Source: Balanoglossus misakiensis
Taxonomy: Eukaryota > Animalia > Hemichordata
Direction: 5' to 3'
Assembly: GCA_040954595.2 (NCBI GenBank)
Contig: CM082587.2
Coordinates: forward strand, 1,263,500-1,327,499
Length of the DNA: 64,000 nucleotides
Below are positions 44,901-56,753 of the stretch, one piece after another. The position numbers and the translations under genes were made by a program. The notes beneath the pieces were generated by a model that worked only from the letters and a program-made list of their open reading frames with translations, was not told the DNA's origin and ran no database searches. The first letter of the stretch is position 1; every line of letters begins with the position of its first letter.

Positions 44901-47829
44901 GCATCTGGGTGCAGGATCACTTTAAGTCAGACTTTAATATTTCCTCCACATAAATCTCCTTTGTGAACAAAAAGAGAAAAATTGCGCTGCTAGAATTCTG
45001 CTCTCACTTAGTCTTGTGAAGACGATAACACATAACAAGAACCCGAATCATCATTTAAAAACAAAATCTTTGTTTCATGATTTGCAAAGTACTAATTAAA
45101 CCCAAGACAGTAGGCTGATATGTAGCACTGTAGATGTACACCAAACGGAATTATATATACATGCCTAAAAACTATCGGGGTTTCAGGTGAGAAACTTGAC
45201 ATTTTCACCATGTGGCCTAATATGGTTGAGTTTGCAGGATTGTAATTTCCCGTCATGTTACAGGTCCAGACTACGTATTAGAGAAGCAGAGTGAGCCAGG
45301 TGTAGCTGTGAATCTAGACAGCACTTTGGAAAGCCAGAACACCATGGAGTTCTGTCTTGTCAGGGAAAATAGTAAGTCATGGAGAATTTCAAGAAAATTT
45401 CATCATTTTGTGAAAAGTTTTGAAAAAATGCATCAATGATCATTTGTTGAGGCTATATTTTAGACAAATATGATAAGTTACTGAGATAAATAAATAAATA
45501 TTAAGGAAAGAAGGGAAATTTCTGAACGAAAGCAAGACAGAAATGATGTGATATAGGCTGTTCGCTCATCATTAATCATTCTGTGGATTATGTATTTTCC
45601 CGACCCATGTATGCTGCATTGCATTGTGGGTATATCAAGGCCACGGTATCGTGTGTAGTCTACCATCAGTCCCCAACAGAGACAATCCTCTAATCCAAAT
45701 TATTCCCCTGGGTGGGTATAGATCACACACATATACCAATAATATCATCATGCCGGAGTTAATTAAACGTGAATAAATCCCCCCAAGTTCAAAATGTCAG
45801 GACAAAGTACATCTGATTGTTTGTCGTTTCATCGCAGGTCTCCGTGGTGACATGGTACGAGATGAAGGCAGTCAAGAGTTTGATTTGAGTGGAGCGTCAT
45901 TCCTGGTGGGCTATCAGTACAAATCCTACCGGGTCTACATGCTGCATAAATTCAAAACCAACACCGAAGTTCAACTAGGTAAGTCCAAGTTCCCAAATCT
46001 CCTGCATTTGGCCTGAACTGACCTTTGACCTCTTACCGGGGTATTAAAGTGAAAAGACTTGTGAGAATGACATTTTAAAAATGTGTAGTGTAATTAAGCA
46101 CCTACCCCAAGAATAAAAAAATAACCCATTTTTGGTACTTTGTCTTGTCTAGGGATATCAGGAAACAAAGTGGAGATTGACCCAGTATCACAACCCAAGT
46201 CGTCTAAATTCTGGAGTCGACAGAAAGCAGTGTCGTACGAGGCAGACAGCATTGCGTCATGTGACATCATAGATGAAAAGCACACAGGTAAAGTGTTGAC
46301 CAGAATTGTCAGCTTTTCTCCTCCATGTAATTGACAGTGCTGTCAGCAAGGTGCTTCCTGCTATGTACTGACTTCCCTCTTTGTTAATCCCCACTTACCA
46401 TGTCATGTCAGGGCACTGATGAGGCTTTTAGAGGGAGTACATAAAGTAAAAGTAACAGCTACATGAGACAAAGCATCCGTCTACTTATACTTTTGTATAT
46501 TCTGGTAAAAATTTCATCAAGAAACCCTTGTTATGGTTTTTTGTCTTGGCCGCTTGTGGGGAAAAAGTATTTATTTTTTTCAGTCAGGAAGCATAAGTCA
46601 GTAATGATTCATATCACCGAGCAGGCTATGAAATTACTTCAATATGTACCTACAAAATATGCCAGCCAGACTTCATTGGTATTGGATAATTCAATTTTAG
46701 CCTTGTGTTAATGATTTAATGTAATTTAATTGCCCTTAGGCAGTTTTAGACATAGTCTCCGTACACTCAGTCACCTCAACTGAAAAAGCGGCTTCCGTCA
46801 CCTTGCCTTTAGGTCAGCAGGCTCTCGGAATGTCAGAAAGAAATTTTATAAACTCCAGTTCTTTCTTTCTTCTACGGTGTTTATTATGTATTAATATGCA
46901 AGTCGATATGAAACCCAGAAAATTCAAAATTTAGCGTACAACCATTCTCTATTTTCACAGCTTGTGGTCCCATTGTTCAGGTTTTAAGTTTTAAATTACA
47001 TTTGTCTACATGTCTTCCATTGAAGCAATTTGGAAATATGAAAAGCTTTGCGAGCATTAGTATAGAATTTTGACAGAAGCGTTGAAACTTTATTAAATTT
47101 GCCATGATTACTCAAATTCAGCACATAACGATATTTGCTTTCCATAACGCTGTCAATTTCACCAAGCGATTCAACACCACTGTTTGCATAGTCAGCTAAA
47201 TGCTACCACTCACACACATAACACTACAGAGCACAGTACAGCACAACACATCACAGTAGGGATGATAACCCAATAACCCCCTCAATGATTTTGGTATGGT
47301 CCATTGTATGGAATAATGGCCCTTGCTCGTAACCCGGGAAATGGGAAATGGGGGTACAGGTTAGAATTCAAAGTGAATTATTTTCAGGTGATTACAGGGT
47401 GGATAATTACCCAGAATTTGGTGCCCTTGACAACCTATTGAAAGTGTTTTTCAGAGGATGGCTCTCTGCATATAAGCATACATATACAGCACCCATGAGC
47501 GTGCGTTCAATTATATCGGTCCCAAAGAAAAATGTCTGCCAAATGGGGCGTGAAAATCTCACACCATTATTAAGTGAATTTAATTTCATCTGTGTGTGTA
47601 CGTGTGTCGTCACTTTATTGCCGTTTGTGTTCATTGGATTACAGGAAGGAGTGTGTTCCGGCTGACGTACTTGGCAGGCAGTGATTTCAAGTACCACGAT
47701 TTTGAGACTTTCACCAGCACCGCCAACGAGATCGTCGCCAAGATAAATCACATCCTGGACCTTCGGGCCAGCACTATTCATCGAGAGTTCACCTCAATGA
47801 GGGGAAAGAAAGGTGTCAGGAGAACGTGA
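26353..47829 (+). CDS. MAPKAP1: MAPKAP1/SIN1, mTORC2 subunit; 10 coding exons, 1533 nt, 510 aa
   Basis: Exons 26353-26536, 27434-27607, 29466-29605, 29725-29903, 35702-35875, 36621-36733, 45264-45371, 45838-45978, 46153-46287, 47645-47829. All introns GT-AG; phases join into one open frame. Contains the SIN1 N-terminus (TSDDTGM), RxRSNT phosphosite, CRIM ([15 protein letters not shown]), RBD and PH ([11 protein letters not shown]) segments. Confidence 0.97.
26708..26999. repeat. Interrupted (ATC)n microsatellite in MAPKAP1 intron 1
   Basis: About 290 bp of TCA repeats; explains the poly-S/H/M/D ORFs in the track. Confidence 0.98.
27434..27607 (+). CDS. MAPKAP1: MAPKAP1 exon 2
   Basis: [29 protein letters not shown]...IQWK; acceptor ttttcag, donor GTGAGT. 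Confidence 0.95.
29466..29605 (+). CDS. MAPKAP1: MAPKAP1 exon 3
   Basis: SLFDKREVK...[15 protein letters not shown]; acceptor cacag, donor GTGAGT. Confidence 0.95.
29725..29903 (+). CDS. MAPKAP1: MAPKAP1 exon 4
   Basis: KKIHIYL...[20 protein letters not shown]; acceptor ctag, donor GTAAGG. Confidence 0.95.
29942..30035. mobile_element. piggyBac-type MITE (86 bp plus TTAA target duplications)
   Basis: TTAA-CCCTTTCACCACCA ... TGGGGGTGAAAGGG-TTAA: 13/14-bp TIR starting CCC, TTAA on both sides, no coding capacity. Confidence 0.8.
30527..30582. repeat. Degenerate (CAT/CAC)n repeat
   Basis: caccaccaacatcatcatcaacaccaccaccaccatcatcatc... Confidence 0.8.
33050..33340. repeat. C-rich, G-poor low-complexity tract in MAPKAP1 intron 4
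   Basis: Repeated CCAC/CACCC/CCAAC words with very few G on the plus strand. Confidence 0.6.
33371..33525. mobile_element. Degenerate MITE-like remnant (pogo/Tigger-style)
   Basis: Repeated GACACCTGT/CACCTGTGT motifs and a terminal ...TAATTAGACAGGTTTACTG (reverse complement CAGTAAACCTGTCTA). Matching left TIR not found. Confidence 0.4.
34400..34423. repeat. (CAT)8 microsatellite
   Basis: Direct reading. Confidence 0.9.
35702..35875 (+). CDS. MAPKAP1: MAPKAP1 exon 5
   Basis: [37 protein letters not shown]; acceptor cacag, donor GTTAGT. Confidence 0.95.
36621..36733 (+). CDS. MAPKAP1: MAPKAP1 exon 6
   Basis: GFSKILVD...[15 protein letters not shown]; acceptor ctgcag, donor GTAAGC. Confidence 0.94.
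45264..45371 (+). CDS. MAPKAP1: MAPKAP1 exon 7 (108 bp)
   Basis: [36 protein letters not shown]; acceptor tacag, donor GTAAGT. Confidence 0.95.
45838..45978 (+). CDS. MAPKAP1: MAPKAP1 exon 8 (141 bp)
   Basis: ...[21 protein letters not shown]; acceptor cgcag, donor GTAAGT. Confidence 0.94.
46153..46287 (+). CDS. MAPKAP1: MAPKAP1 exon 9
   Basis: [21 protein letters not shown]...SCDIIDEK; acceptor ctag, donor GTAAAG. Confidence 0.95.
47645..47829 (+). CDS. MAPKAP1: MAPKAP1 last coding exon
   Basis: FRLTYL...DFKYHDFE...[18 protein letters not shown]...RRT*; acceptor tacag. Confidence 0.94.
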
Positions 47830-50800
47830 CCTTTGACCCACTGAACTGGCAGGTACGCAAGGATTTTGGTCAGCCAGTGTCCTAAGGGAAGATTCCAGGT
47901 CATTAGAAACCTGCGAGAAAATAATTACTTTTATGGAAATGGAATTTGGAAACCTAAAAACAGGGTTACTAAATAGTCTGGGGAAAGGGTTGGCAATTAA
48001 AGTATGGTGTTATACTTCTTATCAAACGCGACCTCAGATTTAGTTTCATGGTAAAATGTGATTTTAAGGACATCACTGAATTGATGTTCTTCAAAGGTGA
48101 TCCTCAAAGTTTCAGCGTGCAATTAAAAAAAAAGGTAGCCTTTTATGCAGACTTGTGACAGGGATATCATTACTCAGATGAGGGGAAAGAGATTTGTTAG
48201 TTGCTATGCGGAGAGGGAGGATATTGGAAGAGATCATGTGATGATCATGTGACTAGACAACATGGGTCGTCCAGATGATAGAAACTCTTAGAAATATGTC
48301 AATCTTTAATCAGTTTGGTAAGTTTCAGGAAGTGAAGAAAAATGCATACGTGTTTCATTTCATGTGCGAAGCAATGGGAATTCTCTGCAGCAGCGATTGG
48401 CTGTGTAGAACTGTGAGCCAAGACTTGAAAAATTGCCGGACTGGCCTCCCCTGGGAGTGAAAAATGTGTTCCCTGTGATGTATTTACAGTCGCACTGCAC
48501 ATGTTGATGGGAAGTCTGGGGCTATTGCTTGGGGGGTGGCGCAGTCGTGGCTTGGTCGGTCTGACAGATATGAGAGTGCAGCCAGGCAGGGGTGACTGAA
48601 ATGGGACTCATTACGTCGAACGGGATGATCAACGTCACGATTAATCATGGGTTTCAAACGGCGCGGGTTTTCAGGGAAAGAAGAGCAGCATTTTGATGGA
48701 CTGCCCATGAAATTGAAAAGTTCTTTAGATCACTTCAAAAACTTCTTGTCTTGAGAACGTACTTGTTTTTGTAATTTTGTCCAGGCACAAGCTTTACTCA
48801 GCAGTTACGACAGACTAAATCTGTAATTATGTGTGGAAATGAAAGCATGTCTGCAATATAATTTGCGAGTTCTGCAGTCTGTATTTGAAAGTTGTCATTA
48901 TTTACAATGCAAGCCATGTACCTCATCGTTGTAACTAGAAGATTCTTTGAATGCTATAGGATTTCCAAGTCCACGAGAATTGGTTAAAACAATAATGTGA
49001 AAATAAAGCCATGCACTTGTGTGTGTGAAATGACATAAATGCTGTGTGGTCAAAGATTTTGATTCAATTGTTATTGAGCCATCCTATTTACCATCACCAT
49101 GAAGATCACAGCCTGGCACCATGAAGCTAATGTATGTCAACTTGTACACAAAGCGATGTAATATCATTCTTGAATATAAGCATAAAAGACAATGACAGAC
49201 GATATACACATTGATCATGTTTTCCAATAAACCTGATATGAAAAATCTGTTCAAAAAAGATATTAAGAGTAATTCACCAGTAGTCTGAGACAATGTTTCC
49301 TCTGTATACAAGCAGACAATCTTTGTCATTTTCAAGTGGTTTGCTAAAAAAGAACACAATACAACCACTTCAGATTTCAGACATCATGGAGACACCATGT
49401 CATACAGCAATCAGGATGTGTTCATGCAGTAACATCTTGTCTTGTTGATACGCCAGACCAGACTGCATAGCAACCAATACCACGCAAGATCGCATTAACT
49501 CTCAAATGAGATCATTCGCATATTAAGAACAAAGTATTATATTGCATAATTTGGTTTCAAAGTAACCCCAATATTTCAATTCTTTAGGAGGATTTTTTCA
49601 GGCTGTGTGTGCCAAAACTTACACACATTTGGAAATAAATTTAAATTGCAATTATGGTGAAATAAATATTTCTGTGGATGGAGACCAAGGGTTTCCTTCC
49701 GTGCCTTGCAGTTAATTTTAATCAAACATTTCTTCAGCTATTTTCTGTATGTCGGATTCTATCTGGATAGTCAACAGCTTGCCACTTAGCTGTTTGAAAT
49801 AAATCTACTCGACCCCAGCCATGGCTTGGGAAAATATTGACATTTTTTGAGACAGCATGCATGCCATTGCAGACGGTAAAACTCTGGTCTGAAGACACAA
49901 AATGCAGCACTGAAGATGAAAATCTACACAAACAATATGGCGGAGATTAAATTTGATCTGCTGGTGAAAATGAATTGCTTATGGTGACAGTTCTGTTTTT
50001 AAGCTCATATTTAGCGAGATTACTTGAGTTTGACTAATATCCATTTTAATATTTCATTAAAGTGTCTGGGAATTGACCCTGAAGCTATGACCCCTGCAAA
50101 CATTCTCAAGTGCTAATAAGAATGAATTGGAAAAAGTAGAACATGAGTGAGACTGCCGCAACAGGTGGTCAGTCAAGACTCAATTGACCAAATCTGAAGT
50201 AATGGAAATGAGGTCAGTTGAATCAAGGTCAAGGGGAATGACATGGGATTGTTCCTGTTGACTGTTGGCCAAGAAACGTGAGCAAATACTCTTGAGTTCA
50301 AAATAGTATTTGAGTTTGTTTTTGTCTTCTATTTGTCTACTAGGTGGATGTTTGCACTCATATTTGAGATACTGAACTTGTGATTCGGCCCAGCTGACGT
50401 TTTTGTCTGAACTTGTGCGACATCATGATAATTCTTGTGGACTGCAACACCACCCCAGGGGTACATAGTACCTCTGTAGCCCCCCCCCCCCCCCAAAAAA
50501 AAAGTAGTCTACTATGAATGGGTGTTCGGGAAACAGGACACAACCAAAACTGCCAACTGGAAGATGCAGCCTAATAATACACTTCTCAACTTGTCCAATA
50601 AAAACTAAAATGAACTTTGAAAAGTAACATAGAAGCAGAAAAAGTTGGAACATATTCTTTGATCTTGGAAGTGATAAAACCGTTAACTTTCTCATATCTG
50701 GGATATATGTCAATATGTGTAATATAAAACCAATTGTAATTTATCAAGCCTACAAGCCTTGTGCAGGGAACTTGGTTGTAATGAACCATCAAAAGAATTA

Positions 50801-53800
50801 ATAAATCACACAAATGCTCATAGCAAATGGCCGTATTTAATTTCAACTCATCTAATGAAATCTTACTTCCACTTTTGCCTGTGTTCATGAATTCTGATCA
50901 AACAAAATTATTTATAACAGCTACAGATTGATAAAGAAACTTTGGGTTATAGATGAAAATATTCATTCTGCAACTACCCAGATTTGTCTTTAAGTGACAG
51001 AAATGAAAATTAAGATGAAAGATACGCCCACATGTAATTCACAGAGTCATCAACACACAAGCATTCCACTGTCTGCCTAATGCTCAATCTGACCCCAACG
51101 TGACCTTCCAAATGCTGCTGCTTTTCGTGCCGCAACATGTAGATGACATGCCAGCAGCGTCACGGTAACGGTAGCATGGCAACAGATAACCTCCGATTGA
51201 CCTGGCAACTCAATGAGGTTATACAACCATCAGCTGGGTCCTTTTTTATAGTCCATCTAAACTGTTTTGGTGCTGTAGATGGTGAGAGATAGACAGGGTA
51301 TATTGGCAATATCAGCCACATCGCATGAAGGTTGGTCGGTCGATATCGTCTCATTGCATGGCGGGTCCCTTTGTGTGTATTTTTCCCCTCCCTTATGGTG
51401 CCACAGCCCCGACCTACTTCAGATCTGAGCAAATACAGACCCATGTGTAGATGAACACTTCACCCGATGTGCATAAAAATACCACCACTGAACAAACAAG
51501 CCTAGATTGTTAGGATTACATTTTTCTGTTAAAGTACACCGCTCGAGATTGGGAGATGGAAATTCATGTGAACTGACCTGTCTTTCCTGTTCTTCCCACC
51601 TTCATCAGCCGTTGAAGTGGGCAATTTTTAGTGCAAGCAACAAAAGTCTCATAATTGAAATATTTCGGGGCTATAAACGCCTCTGGTCAGGATTACCAAT
51701 ACAAGAATAAAACTTGTTTTTGATTGGCCAGGTCTGTCTTCAAACAGGTGTATAACAGGTGTGTGCGTGCTGCTACCTATGAGGATAGTTCTGAGGCACA
51801 GCACATCGCACCAAAAAACCTGCACAAACTGCAGTTTCAGATAAAATTCATGCATGCATGTGCTCAGTTCTGATCATTTTCCATCCGGAATCCATGAAAT
51901 TGAAGGAATATTAAGTGAAAACAAATGATTTTAATGCTGCTTTTTGATATCCCTTGGCAAATAATTGTACTAGAAACGTGTTACTTTGTCACTCTGCCTC
52001 AAAATTTATCACTTTATGTTTATGTTTTTTGCAAAAGTGAACAAGACACTAGAAGTGGCGGCATCAGGTACACTGAGCTGACCTTTCACCTTTCACACAT
52101 TCCTCATTCAGAAAAACATTGGCAGACTACAAAGCAACCGGCCTTGTCAGATTATGTCCAATCTCTGTTGAATTTTCTGATATTGTCATGATAGATTGAA
52201 AAAAATGTGAGTAAAACATTATCAGGTTGGATCCAGATACATATTCTAACTTGAACGAGACTACATGCCAAATTGCAGTTTATCCACAAAAGTGAATCTG
52301 TTTTATAAAGTATATTTATACCGATTGTTATTAAAGTTCAGAATTTTTTTAAGATGTCTACTTTTCTGGAATTAATTTTAATCCAATGAGGTATAAAATG
52401 CAATGTTTACTGTAGAAACCGGGAAATTATGTCAGTCATATAAAAAAATTCAAATTTCTCTCACTTTTGAAGAAAAACTTGGCCGACTAGCCCATCATTC
52501 CCTGACCTTTGTCACCTGTTAGTGAGTAGTTTCTGCCAGCTACCTATTCAGATACTGTGTACATACACACTTGAGAGTGTCATGGAAACTCTGAAGTGAG
52601 TTTGAATGTTTAATGTCGAAAAAAGTGTCTTGTTTATTTTCTGTAAAAAGGTGAAAAATGGTCTCGAGTCAATATTAGAAATGTCATTTGAAGGTGACAT
52701 TTATCCAGCTGAGGCAGATAAATTTTCCTGTCTGTATTTTTCATGCAACATTTTTTCTCTTAATTTTAAATGGCATCTAGAAGAATCCTAGGTTTGCCAC
52801 TGGCTGTTTCATGAAATGCATGTGAACTTGTCCAATAGAAAGAAAAGAATTCTTGTTAACCCAGAATATTTGCATGTTTCTCAGGCTCGGGCAGTTGCAC
52901 AGTTAAGTGTTCAATCCAATTTTCAAATTTTCAACTTTACTAGAGGCAATGCAGGGCTTATCAGATAGGTTGATTGTCCACAGTGGGCCTATCTGTCCTT
53001 CGATCGATCGTTGGTCCATCAAGAATTGACTTATCAGAAACCACTGATCATACATACATTGATAATTAGTTGACAGATTTCTTGGAATGATCTGGATCAC
53101 TTTCGGGCAAAATAATTTTCTCAGAAAGTGCTTGTTCAATTGCTTTGAAATTTACTGTGTGGTCCCCTTCAGAAATGGTTTGGTTTGGAACTAAACTTCA
53201 TTGACCAATCTGTGTGAATTGGGAATTCTGAGCTCATCAGGGAATCAGGGAAAGCAGAGGAGACAGTACCAGAGCTAATTGTCGACTGCGACTTGATAAG
53301 TTAGCATTTTTTTGGGCCATTTTGGCTTTGATTAATACAGTACAAATGCACATGTCACAGAATACAGTCATGCATGATTAAGGAAATCATCAGCATCCAC
53401 AGAAGTTTCGAAAACTTCAACCATTTTTCTTCGGATCCCTGGCAAATGACCCAACAGAAATGATCTCTAATTTCCTCAAAATATGGCTTTTTATCCGCTG
53501 CATTACAGCTTTGTTCACTGAATATCAAAAAGCAATTTAAACGTAAATATAAAAATAATTTTTGGTAGTTAACTTGAATGGGATTATAAGTTTCTTAGAG
53601 AAATATGATCAGCCTGGTGATCAGAAAATGTCTGCTGGATAATTAAAATTGAATTTAGGAAATGATTGAATTAGCCCAGGATTACTGAATCAAAATTTTA
53701 CGACTTCAAGGGGAAATGATGAACTGAAATCCAGGGTGAGTTTTGATAAATGTTTTGTTTCTGTTTGATTTTAAAGGGACAAAATCTCTATTTTTTTATA

Positions 53801-56679
53801 CCCATTGGTAACAAATGATATGCTCCTAAGGTGCACAGTAATTTTTCCACCTTTTTTTCTTTCTCCAAACAGATCTATGTCTCTGCAACCTACATTTACT
53901 AAGTGACCTTCTCACATGAATCCTACTTGGCAAACTTGCAAATTTCAAACAGAGGGAATTTTATTATGCCAAGAGTTGTTTACATACGCTGAGAACCAGT
54001 GAGCTGAGAAACATTTGCTTGGCCTGAGAGTGCACACTGATCAGGTGAAGGCCATTAAAAGCTCTTTTTCTTTCTTCCTTTTCGGCAATCATGCTGGCTT
54101 TGCTAGGCACCTGGTTGAACTACAAACACCTCAGACTACAGCAAACAATTTAAATACTTTCAAGAGTTCTCAAACCTGTCAAAATATTTATTGTGCCATT
54201 TTAATGACTTTCCCTTGTCTGCCCTGTCACAGTGCATTTCACAAACTGGTACAAGTCATTAGGCGAACTACGGGCGCTTTAGAGCTCTGGGTCAATAAAA
54301 GCGCTGACTCAAGTGGTTCCTTCAGAGATTTTGCAGGCGCTTGTGACATTACATTGAAATGTCAAGCACAGTATCATCGTGGAAATGCATCGCATGTCAC
54401 TCCACAGGAATCGATCGCCACCATTTTTAAGTGTGTATTTCCCGGCAAATTCAAATAACCACTTTTTCCATCAAATATTGCAAATTTCATTTATTTTCCG
54501 CTCGATTTTTTGGCAGGAAGCCAGTGTTGCTGTTATTTTGTTTAAATTTACACCAAACAACAACTGAGAGTCTGTTTGAAGTGCAAATGTTCTTTTTTTG
54601 TAAATATGTGAATCTCAAGTCTGCAACTGAAAGGTAAGGTGAAATATGTCACTGTTGGAGCACTTGCATGCAGGCATTTTCTTGTGCATTCAACTATAAA
54701 CTTGACATCATCTCAAATATGCGCTCTATATTTTGACTAACAACTGAATTATGCCACTGCATAACCGTCACGTAACCAAACTCTGCCGGTCGCAGCAGAT
54801 TTATTATTCGAATTGCCTACAATGATTTCCACTTGAAAGGGGGTCATAGGTTGCCTTAAATCATGGAAAGGCGTACTCCTTAACTCCCAACAGCGGTATT
54901 TGAGGATTAGAAGATATCAGGCTAATAGATATGCCAACACCACAGAGATTCACACCACTGCCCATGCTATGTACATTAAACCGGAAAAAAAAGGGGGAGC
55001 ACAATAGAAAAGAGACACACAGACAGGAATTTCATCATGCTGATTCAAAACAAATCGATTAAGAGACGGACGTGTTGCTAGTAACCCTCAGGACTATTAG
55101 CGATGCAATAACATCATTCAGGAGAAATAATTTATCCCTGATTTGATATTTTGCACTTTGAAAACTCCTTCATCATTTTATATGGCAGGTCTCAAACTTT
55201 AGTTGACTTTTTTTGCTCCTTTTCTTCTATAAAGTGTTAGAAGCCTCACCAGTTATCACCTGTAGAGGGCAATATAATGAGTAACCTTCAGACCGAGCCC
55301 CGCATACAGGCCAACTTGTTGCATACAGGCGTAATGCACTGCTGCACCAGATCAAAAAAAAAATTGGTGCGGATAGTTTTGTATGCTGGGTATTTTTAGC
55401 AACCACCACCGAGTTATTTTCCCCTCTGTCATTGTGCTTTGTTTCACTCTAGAGACATCTTTTTCTTTGTTGTTTCAGAGCTTCAAACACACTTGAGTTA
55501 TTCACACGCCCCATTAAATGCACCATTTACCTTTTCAGAAGAGGACAAATTTTTTTTTCACTTGACTATAAATATCACAGCTGTTTGAATAAGCCTAAAC
55601 ATGGCTGTGTTGTGTTACTAAAGTGATTCCTGACGAAATGTCTTAATCTTTATCAACGCATGTGAGCACTACCATGAAATGTCATTAATGTTTAGTACCA
55701 ATTCAAAAGATCCAAAATTCTTATTCAGTCATCAGTTGTACTATTTTTTCAAACGACAATGCATTGAGCATGAACTTTTGTTTTGAGAAGTACAACCATG
55801 TCATGTTCACAATATTTACCAAAGACAGAATTCTTCTGTCAAAACTCAATATTCCAACAAGCATCCATGGAACACCCAAGGTAAGACCATGGACAAGGTT
55901 GCAGGTCACCAGTACGTTCCAGAGGGCGCTACACTTGTCTCTTGGCACTGTCCCTCACTTGGCACTTTTGACCACTGTGTGGGCCAGCTTTCAAAGGAAT
56001 ACGAGCAAGTCTCATCTGTCGAAAAATCACCGCAACCTACATTTCACTCTTCTGAAGCCGTTATTGCAAAGAAAACAAATAAATTGATTTGATATTGGTA
56101 GAAAAATAAAATACGAGGACAGCATGAATCTTAATTAGATCTCAATAAGGTTTGTTTTCAAATGTAAAAAGCCAACAGAAAAAAATTTATCACAAGATAT
56201 ATGTTACAAAAATTTCATTCGAGTCCAACAGTATAGCTTGATCGAGTGCACAGTTGACTTCCGCTGTATTATCCTGAATCAGAAATCTTTTTACGCTCAA
56301 TTGAGCAAATTTACTTTGACGGAGATGAAACATGTTGGAAAGTTCCGGTGACATCATCAGTGGAGGAATGACGTCACAGATGTCACAAGCCAACGACTTG
56401 ATCATAAATCCTTTCAGCTTGAAGGAACTTTGAACAAAATCGCTACTCAGCTCATCTATTTATAAATTCACCATGGTAACTGTCACTTTAGCAACTCAAT
56501 TGTGGGCTCTTCCTGCATTTTTCAAGTTTGACAAAGACTGCACTTTTTCCTTTTCAGACCCAAAACCCTATAATTCTCTCAACGTGATTCTGTAGCACAC
56601 TGACTGCAGGGGGCGCTATTCTCAAATCATGTTAGGCCTAGACTTGTATGTAAATCTGCCTGACTGGATAGGTCACAGG

Positions 56680-56753
56680 TCACTTCAGCGATAACATCTG
56701 CTGCATCAACTCCTTGGGGTCTTTATCCTTCAGGTGACCAAAACTTTTGGATT
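56680..56753 (-). CDS. DSN1: DSN1-like last coding exon
   Basis: ESKSFGHLKDKDPKELMQQMLSLK*; acceptor aatag. Confidence 0.82.

Noticed and set aside
54015-54458. 147-aa ORF between MAPKAP1 and DSN1
   Set aside because: Non-ATG start, no domain similarity, not needed by either gene model.
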